Of a stretch of DNA of 64,000 nucleotides, positions 10,200 to 20,647 are shown piece by piece. The notes under the pieces were generated by a model. The model saw only the letters and a program-made list of their open reading frames with translations. It searched no databases and was not told where the DNA came from. The translations under genes and the position numbers were made by a program. The stretch comes from Candidatus Levyibacteriota bacterium. Its GTDB lineage: Bacteria; Patescibacteriota; Microgenomatia; Levybacterales; UBA12049. Every line of letters begins with the position of its first letter. The stretch's first letter is position 1. The DNA lies in the NCBI GenBank assembly GCA_038253825.1, contig JBBSGT010000003.1, positions 463 through 64,462 of the forward strand, given 5' to 3'.

Positions 10200-10960
10200 T
10201 AAAAATTTCGGCAATTATTCTTACAAAAAATGCTGAAGAATTAATCGCAGATTGCATTGATTCTATTTCATTTTGTGATGAAATAATAGTTATTGATGAT
10301 AACTCGTCAGATAGAACTGTTGAGTTGGCGAAGCTGTTAGGAGTAACTGTTTATCAATATGAATCAGAGAGTTTTGCTAAGAAAAGAAATCTTGGGTTAA
10401 AAAAAGCAAAAGGAAAATGGTTACTCTATGTTGATGTGGATGAACGAGTGTCTCCTGATTTAGCAGATGCAATAAAAACGATACTTGAAAGAAAAAGTGA
10501 TATTTATAATGCATACAGAATACAAAGACAAAACTTTTATCTGGGTGATCATGAATGGCCAAAAATAGAAAAATTAGAACGCCTTTTTAAGAAAGCAAAA
10601 CTTGAAGAATGGTATGGAGATCTTCATGAAAGTGCACAAGTAAATGGAGATATTGGGGACATTGATATTGGAGTTATCAAACATTATACCCATCAGGATT
10701 TGACGAGTATGGTAAATAAAACTATCCATTGGTCAAAAATTGAAGCAGAATTGCGAATAAAAGCAAACCATCCGAAGATGTCTTGGTGGAGATTTTATCG
10801 AGTTATGTTTACTGCTTTTTATGATTCTTATATAAAACAAAAGGGTTATAAATCAGGGACGGCAGGCTTGGTTGAAAGTATATTTCAAGCATTTAGCATG
10901 TTTATTACCTATGCAAGGCTTTGGGAAATGCAACAAGAAAAATCATCAATTAAGAAATAA
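10196..10960 (+). CDS. GT2 (WaaE/KdtX beta-glucosyltransferase-like)
   Basis: ILTKNAEE, DDNSSDRT, KRN, DVDERVSP, LHE. Confidence 0.85.
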   Translation: MIKISAIILTKNAEELIADCIDSISFCDEIIVIDDNSSDRTVELAKLLGVTVYQYESESFAKKRNLGLKKAKGKWLLYVDVDERVSPDLADAIKTILERKSDIYNAYRIQRQNFYLGDHEWPKIEKLERLFKKAKLEEWYGDLHESAQVNGDIGDIDIGVIKHYTHQDLTSMVNKTIHWSKIEAELRIKANHPKMSWWRFYRVMFTAFYDSYIKQKGYKSGTAGLVESIFQAFSMFITYARLWEMQQEKSSIKK

Positions 10961-10983
10961 TTACCTTAAATTAATTCTTAATA

Positions 10984-11247
10984 TTATTTCTTTTCTGATA
11001 CACCTTTAATAAAGACATTTTTCCACCCTTTCATCTCGGTATATGTCAATCGTTTTTTGGCAAAGTAAAATAAATAGGCAATTTCGAGTATCCCGAAGGT
11101 GTTGATGACTAAGATAAGAATTAGAATAATGATAAACCAATTCCTCTGATGCAATTGGGCTGCTCTCCAGAGCGCAATTCCTTTCCAAATGATTTCCCAA
11201 ATGAAGAGAACATAAACCAGGAAATTAGGCAAAAAGCTTGTGTCCAT
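10984..11247 (-). CDS. Small membrane protein, DUF5652-like
   Basis: WKGIALWRAA..QRNWF...NTFGILEIAY; start set at ATG 11247, 7 nt after TGnTAGGAT. Confidence 0.65.
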   Translation of the reverse strand: MDTSFLPNFLVYVLFIWEIIWKGIALWRAAQLHQRNWFIIILILILVINTFGILEIAYLFYFAKKRLTYTEMKGWKNVFIKGVSEKK

Positions 11248-11312
11248 ATGCCTAATCCTACCATGTGATAGGGACGTATGCAAGAGGTGCAAAACTTGCT
11301 ACAATCAGAATA
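11248..11312. promoter_or_regulatory. Back-to-back divergent extended -10 promoters, both leaderless-type
   Basis: Minus strand TGGTAGGAT (hexamer 11255-11260) 7 nt before ATG 11247; plus strand TGCTACAAT (11297-11305) 7 nt before ATG 11313. Confidence 0.55.
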
Positions 11313-12386
11313 ATGAAGATAGGTATTTATGACCCATATTTGGACGATCTCGGTGGTGGAGAAAAATATATGATGACAGTAGCTTCTTGCCTCATGGATC
11401 GGCATGAAGTTAGTATATTTTGGGATAATAAAGACGATATAATTGCCATTGAAAAGCGCTTTTCTCTTCCATTAATGGCTACTAAGTTGGAACCGAACAT
11501 ATTCAATAATAAATTCAACTTTACTTCTCGAATGAGCATAACGAAGAATTATGATGTTCTCATTATCCTCAGTGACGGTAGTATCCCTTTTGTATTCTCT
11601 CGTAAGTTATTTCTTCATATTCAGCAGCCCTTACCCATAAAAAGATCTTCTTCTTTTAAAGATAAAATAAAAATTAAAATAATTTCTAAAATTTTTTATA
11701 ATTCAAAATTTACAAAACAATATAATGCGCCGATTTTCCCAAATGTAAGATCTACAGTGATTTATCCACCTGTTTTCTTCCGAAAAACGAACACAAAAAA
11801 AGAAAATTATATAATTCATGTGGGAAGATTCCGTGTGAAAGATGTTGGTACCAATGATTTTAAAAAACAATCAGTAATGGTAGAAACTTTTAAAAAGATG
11901 GTTGATCAAGGTCTTAAAAACTGGAAGTTCATCCTTGCTGCTAGTGTGAAGAAAGAAGATGAAGCTATGTTTGCTTTACTACAAAAAAATGCAAAAGAGT
12001 ATCCAATTGAGTTCCATATAAACAAAAGTAATGATGATCTGTTCAATTTATATAATAAGTCAAAAATTTATTGGCATGCATCAGGATATGGAGAGGATTT
12101 AGAAACCCATCCTGAATTAGCAGAACATTTTGGTATCTCTACTGTTGAAGCAATGGGGGCCGGCGTTGTTCCTGTGGTGATTAATGCAGGAGGACAGAAA
12201 GAAATTGTTACTGATGGTAAAAATGGGCTCTTATGGAATACAACTGAAGAATTAGCAAAACAGACAATGCAATTGGTTAATGATCAAAAATTATTGCGTA
12301 AACTTTCACAAGAAGCAGAGATACGATCAAAAGATTTCAGTTTAGAAAAATTTTCAGAGAACATATATCAGTTAATACAGTCATGA
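11313..12386 (+). CDS. GT4 glycosyltransferase (Alg11-like motif)
   Basis: MKIGIYDPY..GGGE, YPPV, HVGRF, EHFGISTVEAM; start moved to 11313. Confidence 0.85.
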   Translation: MKIGIYDPYLDDLGGGEKYMMTVASCLMDRHEVSIFWDNKDDIIAIEKRFSLPLMATKLEPNIFNNKFNFTSRMSITKNYDVLIILSDGSIPFVFSRKLFLHIQQPLPIKRSSSFKDKIKIKIISKIFYNSKFTKQYNAPIFPNVRSTVIYPPVFFRKTNTKKENYIIHVGRFRVKDVGTNDFKKQSVMVETFKKMVDQGLKNWKFILAASVKKEDEAMFALLQKNAKEYPIEFHINKSNDDLFNLYNKSKIYWHASGYGEDLETHPELAEHFGISTVEAMGAGVVPVVINAGGQKEIVTDGKNGLLWNTTEELAKQTMQLVNDQKLLRKLSQEAEIRSKDFSLEKFSENIYQLIQS

Positions 12387-13336
12387 ATATAAGTATTGTT
12401 ATTCCAAATTATAATGGGGAAGATCTTTTGCAAAAAAACTTGCCGACAATCATAGAAGCGGTAAAGGACTACAAAGAGGGAAACGTTGAAATTATTATTG
12501 CCGATGATCCATCTACGGATAATTCCCAACATGTCATTGCTGAATTTATAAAAAGTATTTCTCACAAACATATCATCGCCAAAACCATCAGTAATAGAAA
12601 TAAGAAGGAGGCAGGATTCTCAAAAAATGTGAATCGAGGGGTAAGCTTGGCTACCGGAGATGTTCTTATTCTCCTCAATACAGATGTTGCACCACATAAG
12701 GATTTTTTGCAACCACTGTTGAAACATTTTAAAGATGAAAATACATTTGCAGTAGGTTGTATGGATGAAAGCCATGAAGGTAATGAAATAATATTGCGCG
12801 GAAGGGGGACTGCTCGCTGGCAACGGGGTTTTGTTATTCATGCAGCAGGGAGTCTGGATAAAGCCAATACCTTTTGGGTTAGCGGGGGGAGTGGAGCTTT
12901 CCGGAAAAGAATTTGGGATACATTAGGTGGTCTTGATGAATTGTATAATCCATTTTATTGGGAGGATATTGATCTCTCATACCGTGCGTTAAAATCCGGT
13001 TATAAAGTTATTTTTGAAAAAGAAAGTATTGTTGCACATGAGCATAGTAAAGGTTCTATCAAAACACAATTTGCAGAGAAAGGAATTAAGACAATTGCCT
13101 ATCGTAATCAATTTATTTTTACATGGAAAAATATTACTGACAAAAAGTTGATACAATCACATTATAAATGGCTGCCTTATCATTTTCTGAAAGCGTTACT
13201 GAATAGAGATGATGCTTTTTTCAACGGCTACTTTTCTGCACTTGCGGTAAGATCTAAGATTAATAAATCGAAATTAATTGCTCGCAAATTATTTGTAAAA
13301 CATGATGAAGATGTATTACAAGCCTTTCACGAATGA
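12383..13336 (+). CDS. GT2 glycosyltransferase
   Basis: IPNYNG, GFSKNVNRG, LLNTD, PFYWEDIDLSYRA. Confidence 0.85.
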   Translation: MNISIVIPNYNGEDLLQKNLPTIIEAVKDYKEGNVEIIIADDPSTDNSQHVIAEFIKSISHKHIIAKTISNRNKKEAGFSKNVNRGVSLATGDVLILLNTDVAPHKDFLQPLLKHFKDENTFAVGCMDESHEGNEIILRGRGTARWQRGFVIHAAGSLDKANTFWVSGGSGAFRKRIWDTLGGLDELYNPFYWEDIDLSYRALKSGYKVIFEKESIVAHEHSKGSIKTQFAEKGIKTIAYRNQFIFTWKNITDKKLIQSHYKWLPYHFLKALLNRDDAFFNGYFSALAVRSKINKSKLIARKLFVKHDEDVLQAFHE

Positions 13337-14049
13337 AGAAGCTATCTGTTATTATTCCGGTTTATAATGAAGAAAAAACTGTTGCACATATCATCAAAAA
13401 AATTATTGCCGTTAAATTACCAATTCCAAAAACAGAGTATATAATTATTGATGACGGCTCCACTGATAAATCTGCGCAAATCATCAAAAGAATTAAGTTA
13501 CCTCATAACTGGAAATTTATCCAACATAAAGATAATAGCGGCAAAGGCGCAGCTGTTATTACAGGAATCAAGAAGGCAACTGGAGACTATATTATTATTC
13601 AAGATGCAGATTTAGAATATGATCCAAAAGATATACTAAAGATTTTACAACCGGTTTTGGATAAAAAGTCATGGGTAGTTTATGGCACGAGACTAAAGCG
13701 AAACCCTAACTTTGCAAGAGATGAAAGAACGATGCAGTTTTTTTTGCATTATATGGGGAACAAATTTTTAAGTCTGATAACAAGCATGTTATATTTTCAC
13801 TGGGTAACAGATATGGAATGTTGTTATAAACTTTTTCCAAAAAATGCATTGGATGGTACAGTCTTGCACGCACGCGGATTCGAATTTGAGCCTGAAATCA
13901 CCGCTAAGTTACTTAAAAAAAACTTTAAGATGGTAGAAGTTTCAATTTCCACCAATCCACGAGGTTATGGTGAAGGTAAAAAATTAAATACTGTTAAAGA
14001 CGGCACAAAAGCGCTTTGGACATTGTTAAAATATCGTTTTATTGATTAA
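13333..14049 (+). CDS. GT2, DPM1-like polyprenol-phosphate sugar synthase
   Basis: IPVYNEE, DDGSTD, GKGAA, QDADLEYDP, TDMECCYK, FEFEPEIT. Confidence 0.88.
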   Translation: MKKLSVIIPVYNEEKTVAHIIKKIIAVKLPIPKTEYIIIDDGSTDKSAQIIKRIKLPHNWKFIQHKDNSGKGAAVITGIKKATGDYIIIQDADLEYDPKDILKILQPVLDKKSWVVYGTRLKRNPNFARDERTMQFFLHYMGNKFLSLITSMLYFHWVTDMECCYKLFPKNALDGTVLHARGFEFEPEITAKLLKKNFKMVEVSISTNPRGYGEGKKLNTVKDGTKALWTLLKYRFID

Positions 14050-14064
14050 ATAAAAAATGGGAGT

Positions 14065-15675
14065 ATGATTAAGAAATTATTTTTACCACTTTTTATTATT
14101 ATTCTTTTTACTGGAACTTTTTTGCGATTTTATCAGTTAGGTTCTATTCCCGCTGCAATGGACTGGGATGAGGTTTCTTGGGGTTATAATGCCTATTCTA
14201 TTCTTCAGACAGGAAAAGATGAATATGGAGCTACATACCCATTATCTTTTCGTGCATTTGGTGATTATAAGCAACCAGTGTATGTCTATGCATCGACGAT
14301 TCCGATTGCGTTTTTTGGGCTGACACCGTTTGCGACACGTTTTCCATCTGCATTTTTTGGCTCACTGAGCATAATTTTTGTGTTTTTATTGACCTATGAG
14401 TTATTTCGAAAGCAACGATATGCACAAACCACGGCATTGCTTACGATGCTATTCTATGCCATATCTCCATGGGCGATCCACTTTAGTAGAGTCGCTTATG
14501 AAGCCAACGTAGGACTATTTTTTATTTTACTTGGTAGTTGGTTATTTATTCGAGGCTTTCATAAAAAGAGACATTGGTATCTTTTTGCGGGAGTTGCCGC
14601 TATGTCTCTGAGTGCATATACCTATCATAGTGATAAATTATTCGCGCCATTACTATTTGTGGCCCTTCTTTTGTATGGATGGAAATATTTTGTGGAAAAG
14701 AAAGTTCTTACTGTAGGCCTTATCATTATTTTCGGATTATGCAATATTTTTTGGGTAGTTGATGGCAGGACTACCGAGCGGGGGAGAAGCGTCTTATTTA
14801 CCGCAGATCAGGCGAAATTACTACATACTTCTCTTCAGGAAATGCAATATGACCACGTACATGGTGATAAATTGGGCGAATTGCTTCATAACAGACGCAT
14901 TGTCTACGTAAACCAATATATAAAAAATTATTTACAGCATTTTAATCCTGAGTGGCTTTTTCTTGCCGGCGATAATCCTCGGCATCATACACCAGGCATG
15001 GGAATATTATACCTCATTGATTTACCGTTTATACTGCTCGGCATATTCTACTTGTTGAAATATCAATTCTCTACATCTTCAATTCTTTTCTTCTGGCTTC
15101 TCTTCGCTCCCGCGGCTTCAGCGCTCGCTGTTGATGCACCTAACGCATCACGGAGTCTTATCTTTCTCCCCACGTGGCAGATCTTTGCGGCCTTTGGATG
15201 GTGGTTTGCTATTTCTTCTGTAGAGAAAAGAAAGCTCAGATTACTTTTTGCAATGCCGATTCTTCTTTTTGTCTTTAATTTTATTTATTTCATTCATCAG
15301 TATTTTGTTCATACCAATATGGAAGTTCAAAAAGACTGGCAGTATGGTTACAAAGAAGCGGTCGACTATGCTTCTCAATATCAACATATAAATAAAAATG
15401 TATTTTTCGGTAAAAATTTTGAACAACCTTATATTTTTTATCTTTTTTACACAAAATATGACCCGGCAAAATATATTGCATCAGGAGGGTCTTCTCGTCT
15501 GTCACAAAGATGTTTTTCTATAGCAAACGCTTATTTCGGAGATTGTACTGATAAAATGAAGTTTGGAGATATATACATGGCAGCAGGAACAGATTCATCG
15601 GAGAAAGGAAAAATCCTAAAACAAATAACGTATACTTACGGAGATCCGGCAATCACTATTTATCAACATCAATGA
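14065..15675 (+). CDS. GT39/PMT_2-like membrane glycosyltransferase
   Basis: WDEVSWGYNAYSIL.TGKDEYG, GDYK, SPWAIHFSR motifs. Confidence 0.78.
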   Translation: MIKKLFLPLFIIILFTGTFLRFYQLGSIPAAMDWDEVSWGYNAYSILQTGKDEYGATYPLSFRAFGDYKQPVYVYASTIPIAFFGLTPFATRFPSAFFGSLSIIFVFLLTYELFRKQRYAQTTALLTMLFYAISPWAIHFSRVAYEANVGLFFILLGSWLFIRGFHKKRHWYLFAGVAAMSLSAYTYHSDKLFAPLLFVALLLYGWKYFVEKKVLTVGLIIIFGLCNIFWVVDGRTTERGRSVLFTADQAKLLHTSLQEMQYDHVHGDKLGELLHNRRIVYVNQYIKNYLQHFNPEWLFLAGDNPRHHTPGMGILYLIDLPFILLGIFYLLKYQFSTSSILFFWLLFAPAASALAVDAPNASRSLIFLPTWQIFAAFGWWFAISSVEKRKLRLLFAMPILLFVFNFIYFIHQYFVHTNMEVQKDWQYGYKEAVDYASQYQHINKNVFFGKNFEQPYIFYLFYTKYDPAKYIASGGSSRLSQRCFSIANAYFGDCTDKMKFGDIYMAAGTDSSEKGKILKQITYTYGDPAITIYQHQ

Positions 15676-16532
15676 AAAAATTATCCGTTGTGCTAGCTGT
15701 ATTTAATGAAGAAAAAATGTTGCCTGATTGCCTTGCATCAGTCAAGAATATTGCTGATGAAATCATCATTGTGGATGGATCTTCAACTGACAAAACTGTA
15801 GAAATTGCCAAAAAGTTTGGCGCAAAAGTACTTGTTACCGATAACCCTCCAATATTCCATATTAACAAACAAAAAGCTATCGATATGGCAAAAAATGAAT
15901 GGATTCTGCAACTTGATGCAGATGAACGTGTCAGTCCAGAATTAGCTAAAGAGATTGTAAAAGTTATTGCAATGAGTGATGATGAGATCGATTCATATCA
16001 ACAGAAACTTCCGAAACGAAAATTATTTTTAAAACATCAAGAACTATTGGAAAAGAGAGACGAAAATATTGGCACCCAAAATGGTTCCTATGCAGCGTTC
16101 TTTATCCCCAGGCTCAATTATTTCTTAGGAAAATATTTACATTTCGGCGGAGTTTATCCTGATGGCGTTATTCGATTAATTCGAAAAGGAAAGGCCTATC
16201 TGCCATGCAAAGATGTTCATGAGCAAATGGCAGTAGACGGAAGAGTCGGTTGGCTTGCGCATGATCTTTATCACTATGATTCTCCGACGTTCAAACGCTA
16301 TCTGCAAAGAAATAATCGTTATGTGGAGCTTCTAGCTGCAGATTTACAAAAAAGTAAAAAAAATAAAACTCTTGGAGCATCCATTCAACATATGTTGCTT
16401 TTGCCTTCCTGGTGGTTTTTTCTCACGTACATCCGGCATAAAGGATTCCGCGACGGTTGGCCAGGATTTGTTTTTTCTCTTTTTTCAGCGCTCCGCTTCC
16501 CACGATCCTATCTCAAGTCATTTGAGAAATAA
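15672..16532 (+). CDS. GT2 (WaaE/KdtX-like)
   Basis: NEEKML..CL.S, DGSSTDKT, LDADERVSP, YPD, VHEQ. Confidence 0.85.
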   Translation: MKKLSVVLAVFNEEKMLPDCLASVKNIADEIIIVDGSSTDKTVEIAKKFGAKVLVTDNPPIFHINKQKAIDMAKNEWILQLDADERVSPELAKEIVKVIAMSDDEIDSYQQKLPKRKLFLKHQELLEKRDENIGTQNGSYAAFFIPRLNYFLGKYLHFGGVYPDGVIRLIRKGKAYLPCKDVHEQMAVDGRVGWLAHDLYHYDSPTFKRYLQRNNRYVELLAADLQKSKKNKTLGASIQHMLLLPSWWFFLTYIRHKGFRDGWPGFVFSLFSALRFPRSYLKSFEK

Positions 16533-16575
16533 CGCAAACCTAGTTTATCAGCTCATATTTTGCTAAAATAGAGTT

Positions 16576-17556
16576 ATGAAGATATTAGTTACAGGAGGAG
16601 CAGGCTATATAGGTAGCCATATGACCAAAGTATTGCTTGATAAAGGGCATGAAGTGGTTGTGGCTGACAATCTCGAGCGAGGTTTTCAGGAAGCAATCGA
16701 TATGCGTGCTACCTTCAGCAATGGTGATCTTCGCGATAAAAAATTTGTTGAAGAGCTTTTTGCCGATAATCATTTTGATGGTGTTATTCACTTCGCAGCC
16801 TACATCGCAGTTGGTGAGTCCATGCAACATCCTGATATCTATTTCGAAAATAATTTTACCAGCGCATTAAATTTATTGCAGACAATGCACAAAAATAACT
16901 GCAATAACTTCATTTTCTCTTCCACAGCTGCTGTCTATGGTACTCCAACTAAATTACCTATAACAGAAGATCATCCCAAAAAACCTGAAAACCCTTACGG
17001 AGAAAGTAAATATATGGTCGAGAAACTTCTAATGTGGCTGCATCAGATTTATCATCTTAATTTCATTGCGCTTCGTTATTTTAACGCTTCTGGTGCTTCT
17101 ATGGATGCAAGTATAGGTGAAAGGCATGAACCCGAAACACATATCATTCCAAACGTTATAAAAGCAGTTCTAGAGAAGAAATCATTCAAACTTTTTGGCG
17201 ATACGTATAAAACACCAGACGGCTCCTGCATTCGAGACTACATTCATGTGTTAGACCTTTGTGGAGCACATATTTTGGCTTTAGAGAAATTAACAAAAGA
17301 GGGGGAAGGCAATTTCTATAATGTTGGAACAGGGAATGGTTATTCTAATAAAGAAATTGTAGCAATGGTTGAGAAGGTGAGTAGTACAAAAATTGGAATT
17401 GAAGTTATGGGTAAACGAGATGGAGATCCGGATCAACTTATTGCTGATTCGACAAAAATAAAACAAACTCTAGGTTTTTCTCCAAAATATTCTGATTTAG
17501 AAACAATTATTAAAACAGCTTGGGCATGGCACAATCGAAAAGGCCAACAAACATGA
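16576..17556 (+). CDS. galE: UDP-glucose 4-epimerase
   Basis: TGGAGYIGSH, HFAAYIAVGES, FSSTAAVYG, PYGESK, LRYFNA, TPDGSCIRDYIHV. Confidence 0.95.
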   Translation: MKILVTGGAGYIGSHMTKVLLDKGHEVVVADNLERGFQEAIDMRATFSNGDLRDKKFVEELFADNHFDGVIHFAAYIAVGESMQHPDIYFENNFTSALNLLQTMHKNNCNNFIFSSTAAVYGTPTKLPITEDHPKKPENPYGESKYMVEKLLMWLHQIYHLNFIALRYFNASGASMDASIGERHEPETHIIPNVIKAVLEKKSFKLFGDTYKTPDGSCIRDYIHVLDLCGAHILALEKLTKEGEGNFYNVGTGNGYSNKEIVAMVEKVSSTKIGIEVMGKRDGDPDQLIADSTKIKQTLGFSPKYSDLETIIKTAWAWHNRKGQQT

Positions 17557-18605
17557 AAATTGCGCTTGATGTTTCTCCATTACAATCCGGTCATAAAGTT
17601 CGGGGTGTCGGTTCGTATGTTACCTATTTAAAAAAAGCCATCTTGGCTTATTTCCCTGAGAATGAATATATATTCTTTGAAAATAAAAAGGATATTCCCA
17701 ATAATGTTGACTTAGTTCATTATCCTTATTTTGATCCTTTTTTTCTATCTTTGCCACTCATTAAAAAACATAAAACAGTTGTTACCGTCCATGATCTTAT
17801 TCCTCTAGTATTTCCTGATCATTTTCCTGCTGGACTAAAAGGAATGTTGCGTTGGCAGATCCAAAAATACAATTTAAGACATGTCGATGCTCTTATAACG
17901 CAATCAGAAGCTTCAAAAAATGATATTATGCGTATTGTTGCTATCCCTGAAGAAAAAATATCGGTGGCGTATTTAGCTGCGGATGCTGTATTTAAAAAAA
18001 ACAATATAACAAGAGTACACAAGGCAGAAATGCGAAAAAAATATAAACTTCCAGAGGAGTTTTTATTATATGTCGGTGATGTAACATGGAATAAAAATAT
18101 ACCCTTACTTCTGAATGCAGTGAAAGATATCAATGTTTCGCTTGTTATGGTAGGAAAAGCATTAGTTTCTGAAAATGTCGATGAGACAAATGTGTGGAAT
18201 AATGATATCATAGAGGCTCAGAAATTAGCGAAAGAAAATTCCAAAGTGCAGCGCTTAGGCTTCCTTCCAGCCGATGATCTGATTGCTCTTTATAATTTAG
18301 CGACTGCATTCGTTTTTCCATCAATTTACGAAGGATTTGGCTTACCTGTTATTGAAGCCATGCAATCAGGTTGCCCTGTGATTACTACTAGGGAAGGGTC
18401 TTTGGAAGAAGTTGCGGGTGATGCAGCATATTATTTTGATGGGTTTAGTAAGGAGAGTTTATCTGAAGTGATTATGCATGTTATGCATTCTAAAGAACTA
18501 AGAAAAGAATTAAAGGAAAAAGGTTTCGCGCAAGCCAAGAAGTTTAATTGGAGAAAAACAGCTGAAGAAACGATGGCGGTCTATCAACGAGCTTTACAAA
18601 AATAA
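17553..18605 (+). CDS. GT4 (MtfB/WbaZ-like)
   Basis: RGVGSY, TVHDLIP, NKN, YEGFGLPVIEAM; ATGA overlap with galE stop gives start 17553. Confidence 0.88.
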   Translation: MKIALDVSPLQSGHKVRGVGSYVTYLKKAILAYFPENEYIFFENKKDIPNNVDLVHYPYFDPFFLSLPLIKKHKTVVTVHDLIPLVFPDHFPAGLKGMLRWQIQKYNLRHVDALITQSEASKNDIMRIVAIPEEKISVAYLAADAVFKKNNITRVHKAEMRKKYKLPEEFLLYVGDVTWNKNIPLLLNAVKDINVSLVMVGKALVSENVDETNVWNNDIIEAQKLAKENSKVQRLGFLPADDLIALYNLATAFVFPSIYEGFGLPVIEAMQSGCPVITTREGSLEEVAGDAAYYFDGFSKESLSEVIMHVMHSKELRKELKEKGFAQAKKFNWRKTAEETMAVYQRALQK

Positions 18606-18609
18606 AAAT

Positions 18610-19863
18610 ATGAAACAAGCAGCAAAAAAAGCATTAGAACATCCTTTGATTTATGGGAGTAGCATTATGGTTTTGGGTGGTTTATTGGCAAATGTTTTTA
18701 ATTTACTCTTTAGTTTATTTATGTACAAAAAATTATCTGTTCCTGATATGGGTATATTACAAAGTATTATAACGCTCATAACATTTCCCTCATTATTAGC
18801 CAATGCTGTTAATCCAGTAGTCGTTCGATCAGCAGGGGGTCTTTTTGCAAAAGGTGATTTATCTGCAGTCAGGGGATTATATATTCAATTTTCTAAGTTC
18901 CTTTTAATACTAGGTATACTAGGTTTCATAATTTTTTACTACTATCTACCGTCAATTGGAGACTTCTTTAAAATTAAAGATCACTTTATTTTAATTTTAG
19001 CAGATATAATAATGTTGCTTACACTTATGAGCATTATTAATATTGCTTTTCTCCAGGCGAAATTATCGTTTGGGACAACAGTTATCATTAATTTTATAAG
19101 TGCTTTTGCAAAATTACTTTTAGGTATAGGTTTTGTTCTCCTTGGTTATTCTCTTCATGGTGCTACTGGTTCTTTAGTTATATCAGCGGCATTATTATAT
19201 TTGCTAGGGTTTTTCCCCCTACGATTCATTTTTTTAAAGAAATTAATTACACCTAAAATTAATACAAAGGAGCTAATCGCTTACGGGATTCCTTCTGCGC
19301 TTACAGTTATCGGTTTAACTTCATTTATTTCAGCAGATATTTTGTTAACAAAACACTTTTTTGATCCCGTGAATGCAGGATTATATGCAGGCCTTTCACA
19401 AATCGGGCGAATAATCTTTTATTTAACGGGGCCAATTTGCGGTGTTATGTTTCCAATTATTGTTCGAAAGCATGCTGTTAAGGAGGATTTTAGTAATACT
19501 TTCAAACTTGCTTTACTTTTTATATTGATTCCATCTGTATTTATTTCTACTTTTTATTTTATTTTTCCAAATTTCACAATTTTATTCATCAGCAAAGCGA
19601 GCTACCTTGCCATAGCCCCATATTTAGGTGTCTTCGGGTTATATATATCGGCCTACTGTCTTCTTTATTTATTGGCTACTTTTTATCTTTCAATCAAAAA
19701 AACTAATATCTATTTCCCCATTTTAATAGGCGCTGTTTTGCAAATTGCTTTAATTATTGCGTACCATCAAAATATTGCACAAATTATCATGATATCATTT
19801 AGTATAGTCCTTTTACTTGTGATCGGTTTTTTGCTATATTATCCGTATGCAACAAAAAAATAA
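18610..19863 (+). CDS. Wzx/MOP-family flippase
   Basis: About 12 TMs; DILLTKHFF...AGLYA, VMFP motifs. Confidence 0.8.
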   Translation: MKQAAKKALEHPLIYGSSIMVLGGLLANVFNLLFSLFMYKKLSVPDMGILQSIITLITFPSLLANAVNPVVVRSAGGLFAKGDLSAVRGLYIQFSKFLLILGILGFIIFYYYLPSIGDFFKIKDHFILILADIIMLLTLMSIINIAFLQAKLSFGTTVIINFISAFAKLLLGIGFVLLGYSLHGATGSLVISAALLYLLGFFPLRFIFLKKLITPKINTKELIAYGIPSALTVIGLTSFISADILLTKHFFDPVNAGLYAGLSQIGRIIFYLTGPICGVMFPIIVRKHAVKEDFSNTFKLALLFILIPSVFISTFYFIFPNFTILFISKASYLAIAPYLGVFGLYISAYCLLYLLATFYLSIKKTNIYFPILIGAVLQIALIIAYHQNIAQIIMISFSIVLLLVIGFLLYYPYATKK

Positions 19864-20647
19864 TTTTGGAATAAAACTCCTCTCGGTTGTAGTCCCAGCT
19901 TATAAGCAGGAAGAAACTATTATTAATGATATCAAAAATATTTCGTCAACATTAGATACATTAGGATTGCGATATGAAATTATTGTTGTAGTTGACGGTA
20001 TGCATGATAATACTTTTAAGCATGCATCCTCTCTTAAATCAAGGAATGTAAAAATAATAGGTTATGAAAAGAATCAAGGAAAAGGGCATGCAATCAGATA
20101 CGGTATGCTTCATGCAAATGGAGATGTTATCGGATTTATGGATGCAGGAATGGATATTCATCCGATGGGCATGAATATGCTCCTTAATCATATGGAATGG
20201 TACAATGCCGATATTATCGTAGGATCAAAACTTCATCCGGTATCCAAAGTTGATTATCCTCTTTATCGGACGGTTCTTTCATGGGGTTATCGGTTATTAA
20301 CAAAAATCCTTTTCGGTTTTCAGGTAAGAGATACTCAAGTAGGATTAAAATTTTTTAAACGGGTAGTAGTACGTGACGTTCTTCCTCGACTTGTTGTCAA
20401 ACGTTATGCATTTGATATAGAAATATTGGCAGTTGCCTATGCTTTGGGATATAAACGAATCTATGAAGCACCTGTCGAGATTAATTTTAAGCAAAATAAT
20501 ATTACTACCGGAAAGTTGGTAAATGTGATTAGTCTTATGGTTTGGGATACGATTGCTGTATTTTATCGATTAAGAATTTTAGGTTATTACCAAGTTCATA
20601 GAAAACATCTTACTCCAGAAGATATGTCACTTTCGTTATCAAGATGA
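19847..20647 (+). CDS. GT2, dolichyl-phosphate glycosyltransferase-like
   Basis: VPAYKQE, NQGKGHA, DTQVGLK, YAFDIEIL. Confidence 0.85.
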   Translation: MQQKNNFGIKLLSVVVPAYKQEETIINDIKNISSTLDTLGLRYEIIVVVDGMHDNTFKHASSLKSRNVKIIGYEKNQGKGHAIRYGMLHANGDVIGFMDAGMDIHPMGMNMLLNHMEWYNADIIVGSKLHPVSKVDYPLYRTVLSWGYRLLTKILFGFQVRDTQVGLKFFKRVVVRDVLPRLVVKRYAFDIEILAVAYALGYKRIYEAPVEINFKQNNITTGKLVNVISLMVWDTIAVFYRLRILGYYQVHRKHLTPEDMSLSLSR

